Origin: Octopus vulgaris
Taxonomy: Eukaryota
DNA: 64,000 bases
Direction: 5' to 3'
Assembly (NCBI GenBank): GCA_951406725.2
Contig: OX597818.1
Span: 121,644,001-121,708,000, forward strand
The position numbers and the translations under genes are program-made. The first letter of the stretch is position 1. Each line of letters begins with the position of its first letter. The notes under the pieces were generated by a model. It did no database searches. It was not told the DNA's origin and saw only the letters and a program-made list of their open reading frames with translations. Positions 1 to 11,620 of this stretch are shown in pieces.

Positions 1-271
1 TATACATGTATATGTATGGATGTGTCTGTGTCTGTGCTGAATCCAACCCCTCTTATAGATGTAGAGGAGTCTCTAGAAAGTTACTTCATTACTGGTTCAA
101 ATCAAAGTTCCCTCTTGTTCATTCAGGCTCTGTAATGGATCTGGGCCTTGGTTCTAATTATGGACTGTCTCTGATGGTTGGTACTTTATTGTTTATCCTA
201 TGTTAAGCTCATCATGTTAAGATCAACATACACATGTTAAGGTCCTATGTTAAACTTACCATACACGTTAA

Positions 272-472
272 CCCTTTCATTACTGTATTTATTTTGAGAT
301 GCTCTGTGTTTCTTTCAGTTACTTTAAATATAACAAAGAATTTGGTAAAATAGCTTAGTTATCATTCAGCTAATGTTAGGAACATAAATCGTGACTAAGG
401 TTTGGTGGAAAACAATTTATGAAAACAAGACATTTGTACTACAGAGCCAGAGGCGGGTTGATATTGAAAGGG
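272..472. mobile_element. piggyBac-type MITE, copy 1
   Basis: TTAA|CCCTTTC...GAAAGGG|TTAA termini. Confidence 0.75.
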
Positions 473-492
473 TTAAATTAATCATTTGTTAA

Positions 493-714
493 CCCTTTTG
501 TTACCATATTTCTGTTAAGATGCTCTGTGTTTCTTTCAATTAATTCTAAATATAACAAAGAATTTGGTAAAATAGCTTAGTTATCATTAAGCTAGTATTA
601 GGAACATAAATTGTGACTTAGGTTTGGTAGAAGATTTTAATTCAAAACTTATGTAAACAAGACATTTGTACTACAGAGCCAGAGCCAGTTTCAGCCGGGT
701 TTGTAACAAAAGGG
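493..714. mobile_element. piggyBac-type MITE, copy 2 (same family)
   Basis: TTAA|CCCTTTTG...CAAAAGGG|TTAA; body closely similar to 272-472. Confidence 0.75.
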
Positions 715-919
715 TTAAGCTCTTATGTTAAGCTAATGTTACACATGTTAAGCTCTCCAAACACATAGAAAGCACTCTAAACTTGCCAAAATAGACAATG
801 AAGGTTAGTAGTGCAGTCCTCTGGCTTGCCAGCTCCTGTCAATCCGTCCAATCCATGCCAGCATGGAAAACGAACATCAAATGATGATAATGTCTATAGT
901 GATACAGTTAGAAATATTC

Positions 920-1410
920 TTTTCTACTCTAGGCACAAGGCCTGAAATTTTTGGGAGGGGGCCAGTCGATTCGATCAACCCCAGCACAGAGCGTAAAGAC
1001 AGAATTTGAACTCAGAACGTAAAGGCAGACAAAATACCTATTTCTTTACTACCCACAAGGGGCTAAACACAGACGGGACAAACAAGGATGGACAAACAGA
1101 TTAAGTCAATTATATCGACTCCAATGCGTAACTGGTACTTATTTAATCGACCCCGAACAGATGAAAGGCAAAATTGACCTCAGCGGAATTTGAACTCAGA
1201 ATGTAGTGGTAGACGAAATACCACTAAGCATTTCGCCCGGCATGCTAACGTTTCTGCCAGCTCGCCGCCTTAACTGGTACTTATTTAATCGACCCTGAAA
1301 GGATGAAAGGCAAAACCGACCTCGGCGGAATTTGAACTCAGAATGTAGCGGCAGACAAAACACCGCTAAGCATTTTGCCTGGCGTGCTGACGTTTCTCTC
1401 AGCTTGCCTT
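920..1410 (-). mobile_element. Cluster of nested tRNA-derived SINEs (family B)
   Basis: Repeated reverse complement of gagttcaaattccgccgaggtcgactttgcctttcatcctttcggggtcgattaaataagtacc; B-box-like GAGTTCAAATTC; central part resembles the Meta/MESC SINE domain (from memory). Confidence 0.8.
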
Positions 1411-1502
1411 TTGTTGTAACATGCTGAGCAACAACCAAAGAAAAGACTCACATCTGCATGCAATCCTTTTATTCATTTGCTTACTTCTTTGTTCAATTTT
1501 AG

Positions 1503-1672
1503 ATGAAGTGGCTGTTATTGATGAGATTCAAATGATCAAGGATGTCCAGAGAGGCTGGGCTTGGACTCGGGCTTTGCTGGGGATCTGTGCCGAAGAGATT
1601 CACCTCTGTGGTGAAGCATCAAGTTTAAATCTAATCCAGGAATTAACAGAAATCACAGGTGATACATTAGAG
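1503..1672 (+). CDS. SUPV3L1: SUV3 mitochondrial RNA helicase, internal exon (Walker B region); gene is 5'-truncated by window edge
   Basis: ttttag|AT GAA GTG...TTA GAG|gtgagc; encodes (Y)[37 protein letters not shown], the SUV3 DEIQ motif; 170 nt, phase 1 to 0. Confidence 0.96.
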
Positions 1673-2687
1673 GTGAGCATTCTGATTTTATTTTTCGGGT
1701 GTTGGAGTGGATTAATTTATTTTTCATCTTTTACTAGTTTCAGTCATTGGGCTGGCCATGCTGGAGCACTGCTCTGAAGGATTTTTGCCTGGCTGAATCA
1801 ACACTCATATTTGATTCTTTAAGCTTAGTGCTTACTCTACTGATTTCTCACACTGAATTGCTAAGTGGGAGGAATGTAAACAAACCAACACTGAATGTCA
1901 GGCAATGTGGAAACAAATGCAAACACACACACACACACACATGCATGCACACACGTATTCACATACATGCACATACACATACGTGTACACACACACACAT
2001 GTATGCATACATACACATGCACACATGTTCATATATACACATATGCACACACACACACATACATACATACACACACACGTGTTCACACGCATATGACAAG
2101 CTTCTTTCAGTTTCTTATTTCTTTACTGCCCACAAGAGGCTACACACAGAGGGGACAAATAAGAACAGACAAACGGATTAAGTCGATTACATTGATCCCA
2201 GTGTGTAACTGGTACTTAATTTATCGACTCCGAAAGAATGGAAGGCAAAGTTGACTTTGGCAGAATTAGAACTCAGAACGTAACGGCAGACGAAATACCG
2301 CTAAGCATTTTGCCCAGTGTGCTAATGTTTCTGCCAGCTCGTCACCTTTTTTCAGTTTTTGTCTACCAAGTTCACTTACAAAAATTTGGTCAAACTGGGG
2401 CTATAGTCACAGACACTTGCCCCAGGGTGCCATGCAGTGGGACTGAACCCAGAACCATGTAGTCAGGAAGCAAACTTCTTGCCACACAGTCATACCTGTG
2501 CCTACGCACACGGCCACACCACATTACTAATTTTTGATCAAGATTGAATTTATGTTTATTGGATGTGCAGAATGAACTTGGAAAGGTGAGTTGAGTGCAA
2601 ATGAGTTGAGTGTAGTTTGTTGAGTGTAGCTCCGAGTGGAGCCAGAAACAGTCTTTCCAATATTTTTTCTGTGTTTCTTTCAAACAG

Positions 2688-2739
2688 GTCCGGAGATATA
2701 AGAGATTGACCAGTCTTAAGTATTTGGATAAAGCTGTTG
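2688..2739 (+). CDS. SUPV3L1: SUV3 exon VRRYKRLTSLKYLDKAV(G)
   Basis: aaacag|GTC...GTT G|gtaaga; YKRLT motif of SUV3; 52 nt, phase 0 to 1; not called in this frame from its start by the ORF track. Confidence 0.93.
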
Positions 2740-2761
2740 GTAAGACCACATGGAAGGATTT

Positions 2762-2873
2762 CCTTTCTTCTTCTTCTTCTTCTTCTTCTTCTTTTTTCTT
2801 CTTCTTCGTCTTCTTCGTCTTCTTCTTCTTCTTTGCCTTCTTCTTCTTCTTCACCTTCTTCCTCTTCTTCTTC
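2762..2873. repeat. (CTT)n microsatellite
   Basis: Direct reading; source of spurious poly-K/E/S/F ORFs. Confidence 0.95.
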
Positions 2874-3109
2874 AACAGCAAGGCGTCAAGTTTGGTAGAA
2901 TGGTTAGCAAGGCAGACAAAATGCTTAGCGGCATTTCATCCATCTTTATGTTCTGAATTCAAATTCTGCTGAAGTCGACTTTTCTTTTTATCCTTTCAGG
3001 GTCCATCAAATAATTACCAGTTGAACACTGGTGGGGGTCGATGTAATCGACTCATCTCCTCCCTAAAAATTGTTGCCCTTGTGGCAAAATTTGAAGCCAT
3101 TATTATTAA

Positions 3110-3145
<36 letters not shown>

Positions 3146-3294
3146 GGCAGTGAGCTTAATATTAATCACTATTGGGTTTGATAAAATAAGTACCAATTGA
3201 ACACCGGGGTCAATGTAATCGATTCATCCCCACCTCCCCCAAGCTACCCATGTGGCAAAAATTTGAAATAATTATTATCATTATCATTATTATT

Positions 3295-3510
3295 AAGTTG
3301 GTCGACGGCAGCGAAATCCGTTGCAGAGGCAGCAGCAAGGTAGAGATAGTGGTGCGTGGGGCGACGCTAAGGCTGCAGGTAATTGATGCTGAACGCGTGA
3401 TAGATGGGGTTGATGTGGTGATGGGGATGGACACCATCAACTGCCTCGGTGGCGTCAAGGTTGTGGGAAATGAGGTCACATTCGGAAGCGTGGGGGCGTT
3501 GTGCACTGCG
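3295..3510 (+). mobile_element. Gypsy/Ty3-like LTR retrotransposon aspartic protease fragment
   Basis: GC-rich island translating as KLVDGSEIRCRGSSKVEIVVRG...VDVVMGMDTINCLGGVKV..VTFG (retropepsin flap and C-terminal GMD motif); catalytic DTG absent. Confidence 0.65.
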
Positions 3511-3796
3511 AGTCAGGGTCGTCGAGGTGTTAAGACGGGTGATCACATTGCTAAGGTTGGGTGAAGCAGCTGCTATCTCTAGCGTTCAGGTCGGGCTGTG
3601 TCGAAGGATCCGTTACCACTGAAGGGTCTCCATCAGAGCGAAGAGAAGGTAGGTGCCTTTATTTCGCTCTGATGGAGACCCTTCAGTGGTAACGGATCCT
3701 TCGACACAGCCCGACCTGAACGCTAGAGATAGCAGCTGCTTCACCCAACCTTAGCAACGTGATCACCCGTCTTAACACCTCGATGACCCTGGCTCG
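3509..3796. repeat. 134-bp inverted repeat with 20-nt spacer
   Basis: 3509-3642 is the reverse complement of 3663-3796 with only 3 differences. Confidence 0.95.
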
Positions 3797-3894
3797 AAAG
3801 GCAGAAATGCCCGCTCGCTGTGCGCGCGTCTCAGCTGCCCCTTCCGGTTAACCCCAAGTTCCGGTCAGCTCCGCAGCTGCTGATGTCATCCCAC

Positions 3895-4615
3895 AGTGAG
3901 CTGACAGAATTGTTAGCATGTTGGATGGAATGCTTAGTGGTATTTTGCCCATCACTACGTTCTGAGTTCAAATTCTGCTGAGGTCGACTTTGCCTTTCAT
4001 CCCTTCAGGATTGATAAATTAAGTAACAGTGAAACGCTGGGTTCGATGTAATTGACTGGTCCCCTCTCCAACAATTCCAGGCCTTGTGCCTATAGTAGAA
4101 AGGATTATTATTAGCTGCTGCTGTTGTTGTTGTTGTTAAGGCGGCGAGCTGGCAGAATTGTTAGCACGCCGGGTGAAATGATTAGCAGAGGCATTCCATT
4201 TGTCTTCATGTTCTGAGTTCAAATTCTACCGAGGTCGACTTTGCCTTTCATCCTTTCGGGGCTGATAAATTAAGTACCAGTTGTGTGCTGGGTGGTTGAT
4301 GTAATTGACTAGTCCCCTCCCGCAAATTTCAGGCCTTGTGCCTATAGTAGAAAGGATTATCATTTTTATTATTATTATCATTATTATTATTATTATTATT
4401 ATTATTAGAAGGTGAATCGTTTGCATGCCGGGCAAAATGCTTAGCAGCATTATGTCTGTCGCTACGTTCTCAGTTCAAATTCTGCCAAGGTTGACTTTGC
4501 CTGTCATCCTTTCAAGGTTGATAAATTAAGTACCAGTCGAGCACTGTGGTCAGTGTAATCGACTCGTCCTCTCCCACCAAAAATTTCAGGCCTTGTGTCT
4601 ATAGTAGAAAGGATT
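3895..4615 (+). mobile_element. Three consecutive family-B SINE copies with (TTA)n tails
   Basis: Repeated head gagctggcagaattgttagc...gagttcaaattc...gcctttcatcc...aagtaccag...tagtagaaaggattatta. Confidence 0.85.
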
Positions 4616-4621
4616 ATTATT

Positions 4622-4862
4622 ATTTAAGAAACACACAAAAACCGTTCGATTCACTTCAACATTTAAGTTTAATTTGTCAAAATATTTTCGTCGCTAAAAT
4701 CCGCGACCTGTTCACTGACAAAAATCCATGCTGCATGTTGAAGTGAATCGAACGGTTTTTGTGTGTTTCTTAAATGGCTTACAAACACCTTCCATGCTGC
4801 AATTGTTTTCGTTCCAGCACATGATCTCAGATCAAATCACTTGCTATGCGAGTACATCTCCG
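4622..4862. mobile_element. Penelope-like terminal-repeat remnant with 41-bp perfect inverted repeat
   Basis: 4622-4662 is the reverse complement of 4735-4775; flanked by (TTA)n; encloses a hammerhead fold. Confidence 0.6.
4673..4722 (-). ncRNA. Minimal type-I hammerhead ribozyme, G3-C8 core variant
   Basis: Minus strand: TTTGTCA GTGAACA G GTCGC ggatttta GCGAC GAAA ATAT T T TGACAAA; 7-bp stem I, 5-bp stem II, palindromic stem III AATATT. Confidence 0.65.
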
Positions 4863-5104
4863 TAATTATTATTATTATTATTATTATTTTAGCTTCTTTG
4901 TCAAAGATTTCTCGTTACACATCTCTTCAGTGATTGGCAAAATATTACCATCCTGAAATATAACAATATATGTTCCAACACATGATTTCACATCAAGAAT
5001 CTTGCAAAACGAATACATAAACATAAAATTATTATACATGTTCCTGCTATTCCTAAAGTCTATTTCTCTGTTACATTTGCATCATTTCTCTTTCTTTGCT
5101 TCAG

Positions 5105-5233
5105 GTTCCTTCAGTAAAGTACGACCTGGTGACTGCTTTGTATGTTTCAGTAAGAAAGATATCTTTTACATTAGCCAAGAATTAGAGAAGCGAGGCAATG
5201 AAGTAGCTGTGATCTATGGAGGTCTTCCACCGG
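5105..5233 (+). CDS. SUPV3L1: SUV3 exon SFSKVRPGDCFVCFSKKDIFYISQELEKRGNEVAVIYGGLPP(G)
   Basis: ttcag|GT...CCG G|gtaagt; PGDC.VCFSK and VIYG.LPP motifs; 129 nt, phase 1 to 1. Confidence 0.96.
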
Positions 5234-5429
5234 GTAAGTTACTTTCCATACATATAGGCACAGGAGTGGCTCTGTGGTAAGTAGCTTGCTTATCAACCAC
5301 ATGGTTTCAGGTTCAGTCCCACTGCCTGACACCTTGGGCAAGTGTCTTCTTCAGCCTTGGGCTGACTAAAGCTTTGTGAGTGGATATGGTAGACGGAAAC
5401 TGAAAGAAGCCTGTCATACACATACATAC

Positions 5430-5486
<57 letters not shown>

Positions 5487-6048
5487 TGTGGCCGATGACA
5501 GTACAGCCTGATTGGCACTCGTGCCGGTGGAACGTTAAAAGCACATCCCAGCGTGATCGTTGCCAGGGCCACGGATTAGCTCCCATGCCGGTGGCACATA
5601 AAAAGCAAGCACCAATCGAGTGTGATCGTTGCCAGCATCACCTTACCAGCACATGTGCTGGTGACACGTGAAAATGTTCTGGCGGTGACACCGCCAGAAA
5701 ATATTTACGGCAGAGAATGTTTTCACCTCAATAGACGTCATTGATTGGCTGAAATTGCCAAAATTGAAGAAAATATCTTCCAAACTACAGAATTTTCTCA
5801 AGAAAGCCAAGTGAAAAAGATGTTTTATAAACACATTCTACCAGTATATGAAGTTTAAATGTGTTTAGTTACATGGAAATTATTTTTAAAATTTGCCGGT
5901 CAAAGTGAAAAGATCCGAAAATTCCATACTGTTTTCACATGTGCTGTTCTAAAAAGACATATATGATCCCAGAAGAACTTTGAAATTGCTGTCTTTTCAT
6001 GTAATCTCATTAAGAACTAAAAGTAAACGATATATTTGTGTTTTACAG

Positions 6049-6142
6049 GAACAAAACTAGCTCAGGCCCAGAAATTTAACGATCCTTCAACTAGCTGTAA
6101 AATCATGGTAGCTACCGATGCAATTGGTATGGGTTTGAATTT
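6049..6142 (+). CDS. SUPV3L1: SUV3 exon [30 protein letters not shown](L) (helicase motif V)
   Basis: ttacag|GA...AAT TT|gtaagt; [11 protein letters not shown] signature; 94 nt, phase 1 to 2. Confidence 0.96.
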
Positions 6143-6545
6143 GTAAGTATACTAATTCTTTGCCTTCATTTTTTAGTGTTTTTTTTTGTTTCATCAATGG
6201 ACTCTGGCCACGCTGGGACATCACTATGTCAAACAAATTGACCCCAATACTAATTTTTATGCCTTGTACTTATTCTGTTAGTCTCTTTTGCCAAACTGCT
6301 AAGTTATGGGGATGTAAACAAACCAACACCAGCTGTCAAGGGGTGGTGGAGAACGAACACGAAGACGCACACACATACATATATATGATGGGCTCCCACA
6401 AAGAGGCTGTCGACCAAATTCTCTCACAACGCATTGGTTGGCCTGAGGTTATAATACTTGCCCAAGGTGCTGCATATGGAACCGCATAGTTGCAAAGTGA
6501 GCTTCTTACCCACATAGCCATGTCTGTGAAAATGTTTCAGATCCA

Positions 6546-6580
<35 letters not shown>

Positions 6581-6668
6581 ATATGTGTGTGTGTGTGTGT
6601 GCATGTGTGTGTGTAGTAATTACGTCTACTCTCCTGTGCTAACCATCTCACTGAAAAATACTCTAAAC

Positions 6669-7259
6669 CAGTGGTTCTCAACTGAGGTCCATATAGCACC
6701 TGAGGGTCCATACGGCACCTGAGGGTAGATATGGTGCCTGAGGGTTGATGTGGCGCCTGAGGGTCAATATAATGACTGAGGGTCCATATGGCGCCTGAGG
6801 GTCGATGTGGCACCTGAGGGTCCATACGGCGCCTGAGGGTCAATATAGTGACTGAGGGTCCATACGGCGCCTGAGGGTCCATAAGGCACCTGAGGGTTGA
6901 TATGGTGCCTGAGGGTCCATATAGTGCCTGATGGCCCATATAGCGCCTGAGGGTCCATATAAAGTTTTGCAGGGTCCACACAACAAAATTGTGAAGTGAG
7001 GATCCACAACAGTATTCTAAGGGCCCCTGAAAAAATGTTGCATTTGATGTATTCATTGGTATGTATTACAAGAAACAGATTTCTTTCTCTGTCATTTTAC
7101 ATAGTTCAATCTCATGAGTTAATGTGTGAAAAACAAGACAGGAATTTTGGAAGAAGTTTTCAATAAACTATGTTTTAAACATTGGATGGCTATGGGAGCC
7201 CACCAGAATGAAATAGTAATCAAAAGGGTCCATAGATAAAAAGTAGTTGGGAACCCATG
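6669..7259. mobile_element. hAT (Charlie-like) non-autonomous element with internal ~20-bp minisatellite
   Basis: TIRs CAGTGGTTCTCAAC...GTTGGGAACCCATG; exact 8-bp TSD CTCTAAAC at 6661-6668 and 7260-7267; array of gcacctgagggtccatat-like units 6682-6960. Confidence 0.85.
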
Positions 7260-7492
7260 CTCTAAACAATAGACCTATTTACAATTACACAAACATGATA
7301 CACCTGTGTATATGCTACATATGCACAGGTGAGTGAAACATAATCTATATCTTTAAATATTCATTCCTGTGTTGAACTTGATCTACCTGGATAAATTTCT
7401 GTATATATTCAGAGATGAATCAAATTGGGTTTTACCTGCACATATTTCATATATTCATTGGTAAATAGAAGCATAAACCTAAACCATCAGCT

Positions 7493-8280
7493 GGTGCAGG
7501 TGTGATTGTGTGATAAGAAGCTTGCTTCCCAACCACATGGTTCTGGGTTCAGTCCCACTGCATGGCACCTTGGGCAAGAGTCTTCTACTATAGGCGCAGG
7601 AGTGGCTGTGTGGTAAGTAGCTTGCTTACCAACCACATGGTTCCAGGTTCAGTCCCACTGCATGGCACCTTGGACAAGTGTCTTCTACTATATCCTCGGG
7701 CCGACCAAAGCCTTGTGAGTGGATTTAGTAGACGGAAACTGAATGAAACCTGTCGTATATATGTATATATATGTGTGTTTGTGTGTCTGTGTTTGTTCCA
7801 ACCAACATCGCTTGACAACTGATGCTGTTGACAACTTAGCAGTTCGGCAATAGGGACCGATAGAATAAGTACTAGACTTACAAAGGATAAATCCTGGGGT
7901 CGATTTGCTTGACTAAAGGCGGTGCTCCAGCATGGCCACAGTCAAATGACTGAAACAAGTTAAAGAGTAAAAAGAAAGTATAGCATTGGGCCGACCAAAG
8001 CCTTGTGAGTGTATTTGGGAGACGGAAACTAAAAGAAGCCCAATGTGTATATGTATGTTTGTGTGTATTTGTAAATATGTGTTTCCCCATCACCATTGCT
8101 TGACTACCAGTGTTGGTTTGTTTATGTCCCCATAACGTAGCAATTTGGTGAAAAGAGACTGATAGAATAAGTACCAAGCTATAAAACAACAAAAAAAAAA
8201 ATTAATTGGGTCAATTTGTTTGACTAAATCCTTCTAAATAGTGCTCCAGCGTGGCTACAATCTAATAACTAAAACAAACA
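7493..8280 (+). mobile_element. Family-A SINE with a younger family-A copy (about 7593-7978) nested inside
   Basis: Head ggcgcaggagtggctgtgtggtaag...ggttcagtcccactg, CORE-like caccttgggcaagtgtctt, tail gcatggccacagtcaaatgactgaaacaagtaaaaga; outer copy resumes at tatagcattgggccgacc. Confidence 0.85.
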
Positions 8281-8343
8281 AAAAAAAAAGAATTCACCAT
8301 CAATCAAACTTGTTCCATTAGTGTCTGTTTCATATATTCACAG

Positions 8344-8563
8344 GTCAATCAAAAGAATGATTTTCTATTCTATCATGAAGCCAAAACTGAATGAAAAAGG
8401 CGAGAAAGAGATGGATATTCTATCCCCATCGCAAGCTCTACAGATTGCTGGCCGAGCTGGACGTTACAATACAGAGTATGAAGATGGTGAAGTGACTACT
8501 TTCAGGCAGGAAGATCTATCTATTCTAAAAGACATAACTAGTAGAATAATTGAACCAATTGAG
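8344..8563 (+). CDS. SUPV3L1: SUV3 exon containing motif VI (QIAGRAGR)
   Basis: cacag|G TCA ATC...ATT GAG|gtaaat; SIKRMIFYSIMKP...SQALQIAGRAGRY...GEVTT; 220 nt, phase 2 to 0. Confidence 0.97.
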
Positions 8564-8578
8564 GTAAATATATCTATA

Positions 8579-9243
8579 CATGGTGATTCAAAAGTCTCCC
8601 TACATCATCATCATCATCATCGTTTAACGTCCGTTTTCCGGGCTAGCATGGGTTGGACGGTTCGACCAGGGTCTGGCAAGCCAGGAGGCTGCACCAACCT
8701 CCAGTCTGAGATGGCAGTGTTTCTACAGCAGGATGCCCTTCCTAATGCCAACCACTCCGTGAGTGTAGTGGGTGCTTTTTACGTGCCAGAGGAGGCTGGC
8801 AACGGCCACGATCAGTTGGTGGTTTTTATGTGCCACCGACACGGAAGCCAGTCAAGGCGGCGCTGGCATCGGCCACATACGAATGGTGCTTTTTACATGC
8901 CACCAGCACAAGGAAAAAGTTTATAGTTTTTATAAGAGACAGTTTCTAAGATCCCCTTGATCCCCTGATCTGACCCCTCTTGATTTCTATCTTTGGGGGC
9001 TTTTGAAAGGTATGGTATATCGTGGAATCATTTGAAGGAACGCATCACCAACTCATTTGCACACGTATTACCAGATGTGCTATTACAAGTTCACAATGAG
9101 TTGGGTAAACATATTGCAATGTGTATTCAATACAATGGTAACCATAAATAGAGACTGTTAAATAAAACAAAAACTGTTCTTATAAACTGTTTTGTATAAA
9201 AACATAAATTGTTCTTATGTATGGCAACTTTTGAATCACCCTG
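8579..9243 (+). mobile_element. Internally deleted Tc1/mariner element, interrupted by an RTE-tail insertion (about 8603-8910, minus)
   Basis: TIRs CATGGTGATTCAAAAGT / ACTTTTGAATCACCCTG; remnant SPDLTPLDFYLWGLLKGMVY at about 8960-9020. Confidence 0.75.
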
Positions 9244-9245
9244 TG

Positions 9246-9278
<33 letters not shown>

Positions 9279-10308
9279 GTGTGTGTGTGTGGGTGTTTAT
9301 TTATTTATGAGCGAGGTCTTTGCCAGTGCCGCTGGACTGGCTCCCGTGCACATAAAAAGCACCATTTAAGCGTGGCTGTTGCCAGTACCGCCTGACTGGC
9401 CCTTGTGCTGGTGGCACGTAAAAGCACCCACTACACTCCCAGAGTGGTTGGCGTTAGGAAGGGCATCCAGCTGTAGAAACTCTGCCAGATCAGATTGGAG
9501 CCTGGTGCAGCCATCTGGTTCGCCAGTCCTCAGTCAAATCGTCCAACCCATGCTAGCATGGAAGGTGAACGTTAAACGATGATGATGATATGTGTAAAGG
9601 TGTGTGGCCTAGTGGTTAGGGTTGTTACACTCACGATCGCTAGATTGTAGGTTTGAGTCCCTGACTAGGTGGTGCATTGTGATCTTGAGCAAAACGCTTG
9701 ATTTTATGTTGCTCCAGTCACCTTTTGATCAGTGGGGAGTTTTGGCTTGCTCATCTAGCCAGCAGGGTGGTGTCATTCGAGGGCTAAAACAAGCGATGTG
9801 TAACAGAATCTGATAGTTTGGTTGGTCGCCTTATCACATGATATATAATGGATTCAATTCCTGGCACAGGAACACACACTTTCTTAGGTGCAAATGTGGC
9901 TGTGTAGTAAGAAGCTTGCTTCCCAACCACATGGTTCTGGGCTCAGTCCCACTGTGTGGCACCTTGGACAAGTGTCTTCTACTGTAGCCTTGGGCCGACC
10001 AAAGCCTTGTGAGTGGATCTGGTAGAAGGAAACTGAAAGAAACCCATTGTATATACATATATGTGTGTGTCTGTGTTTGTCCTCCCCCACCATCGCTTGA
10101 CAAATAATGTTGGTGTGTTTACATCCCCGTAACTTAGTGGTTCAGCGAAAGCAACTGATAGAATAATGATAGAATAAGTACCAGACTTACAAAGAGTAAG
10201 TCCTGCAGTTGATTTGATCAACTAAAGGCATTGCTCCATCATGGCCACAGTTAAATGACTAAAAGAAGTAAAAGAATAAAAGATATATATATATATATAT
10301 ATATATAT

Positions 10309-10652
10309 AGAAGTAATGTTTATTGTCACCCAAATGTGGGTGTTCTATAAGAACAGACAATGCTGCTATTTTAACCCCAGGAGGACGATACCTCCTCCTG
10401 CTGGTTATTCAGTGCACTTAGTCTAGCAGACAAGTATCCATCACTGAGGATGATCAAAGAAGATAGAAATCACATGATACAATGGTCTCTGAGCTAGAAT
10501 AGACGGGAGTTCTCTCCCCACTTACAGTATGTATATTAATTGCAAAACACACTGAATAACCAGATGGATGTGGTGTCCTCCCGGAGTTAAAATAGCAGTA
10601 TTGTTTGTTCTTATAGAACACCTAAGTTCAGGTGACGATAAACATTACTTCT
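10309..10652. mobile_element. Penelope-like inverted terminal-repeat remnant with degenerate hammerhead
   Basis: About 100-bp imperfect inverted arms (agaagtaatgtttat.../...ataaacattacttct); internal ATCA CTGAGGA T GATC aaagaa GATA GAAA...TGAT at 10440-10478; starts in (TA)n. Confidence 0.55.
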
Positions 10653-10669
10653 CAGTATAAATACCTCTT

Positions 10670-10927
10670 TACAGTTCTGTATTTAAGAGATGAGGAATTA
10701 TATACATTATTTACATTTGACGGATATTTGTCCACATCTTTGTTGTTAACACAACATTTCGGCTGATATACCCTCCAGCCTTCATCAAGTGTCTTGGGGA
10801 AATTTTGAACCTGGGTTCTCGTTACTAAGGTATTTTTCGATGATGAAGGCTGGAGGGTATATCAGCCGAAATGTTGTGTTAACAAACAAGATGAGGACAA
10901 GTATCCGTCAAATGTAAATAATGTATA
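10670..10927. mobile_element. Penelope-like inverted remnant carrying two opposed hammerhead copies
   Basis: 10701-10787 is approximately the reverse complement of 10841-10927; motif TGATGA A GGCTG...CAGCC GAAA TG TT GTGT on both strands; same family tail recurs at about 33825-33900. Confidence 0.65.
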
Positions 10928-11620
10928 GGCGTAGGAGTGGCTGTGTGGTAAGTAGCTTGTTTATGAACCACATGGTTCCAGGTTCAGTCCCACTGCATGG
11001 TATCTTAGACAAGTGTCTTCTACTATAGCCTTGGGCCAACCAAAGCCTTGTGAGTGGATATTGTAGACGGAAACTGAAAGAAGCCCGTTGTATATGTGTA
11101 TATATATATGTACGTGTGTGTGTATGTGTTTGTGTGTCTGTGTTTATCCCGCCAACATCACTTGACAACCGATGCTGGTGTGTTTATGTCCCTGTAACTT
11201 AGCGGTTTGGCAAAAGATGCCCTTCCTAACGCCAGCCACTGCTGCATAAAAAGCAGTCATGCTGGTGCCATGTTGAAAGTGCTGATACCACACCACATAG
11301 AAAGCACCCAGTACACTGTTTGAACTGGTTGGTGTTAGGAAGGGCATCCAGCCATGGTAACCATGCCAGAATAGAGAATGGAGCCTGGTGCAGGCTCTGG
11401 CCTGACCAGTTCCTGTCAAACTATCCAACTCATGCCAGCATGGAAAATGGGTGCTAAATGATGATGATGATGATGATGATGATAGTGGTGATGATGATGA
11501 TGATGATGATGATGATGTTAATGATGATGATGGTGGTGATGATGAGGAGGTGGATGGCAGCGGTGGTGGTGGTGGTGGTGGTTATGATGATTTATTATTT
11601 TTTTTTTTTTTCTATTACAG

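Noticed and set aside
6424-7056. 210-aa repetitive ORF on minus strand
   Set aside because: Translation of the minisatellite inside the hAT MITE plus (TG)n.
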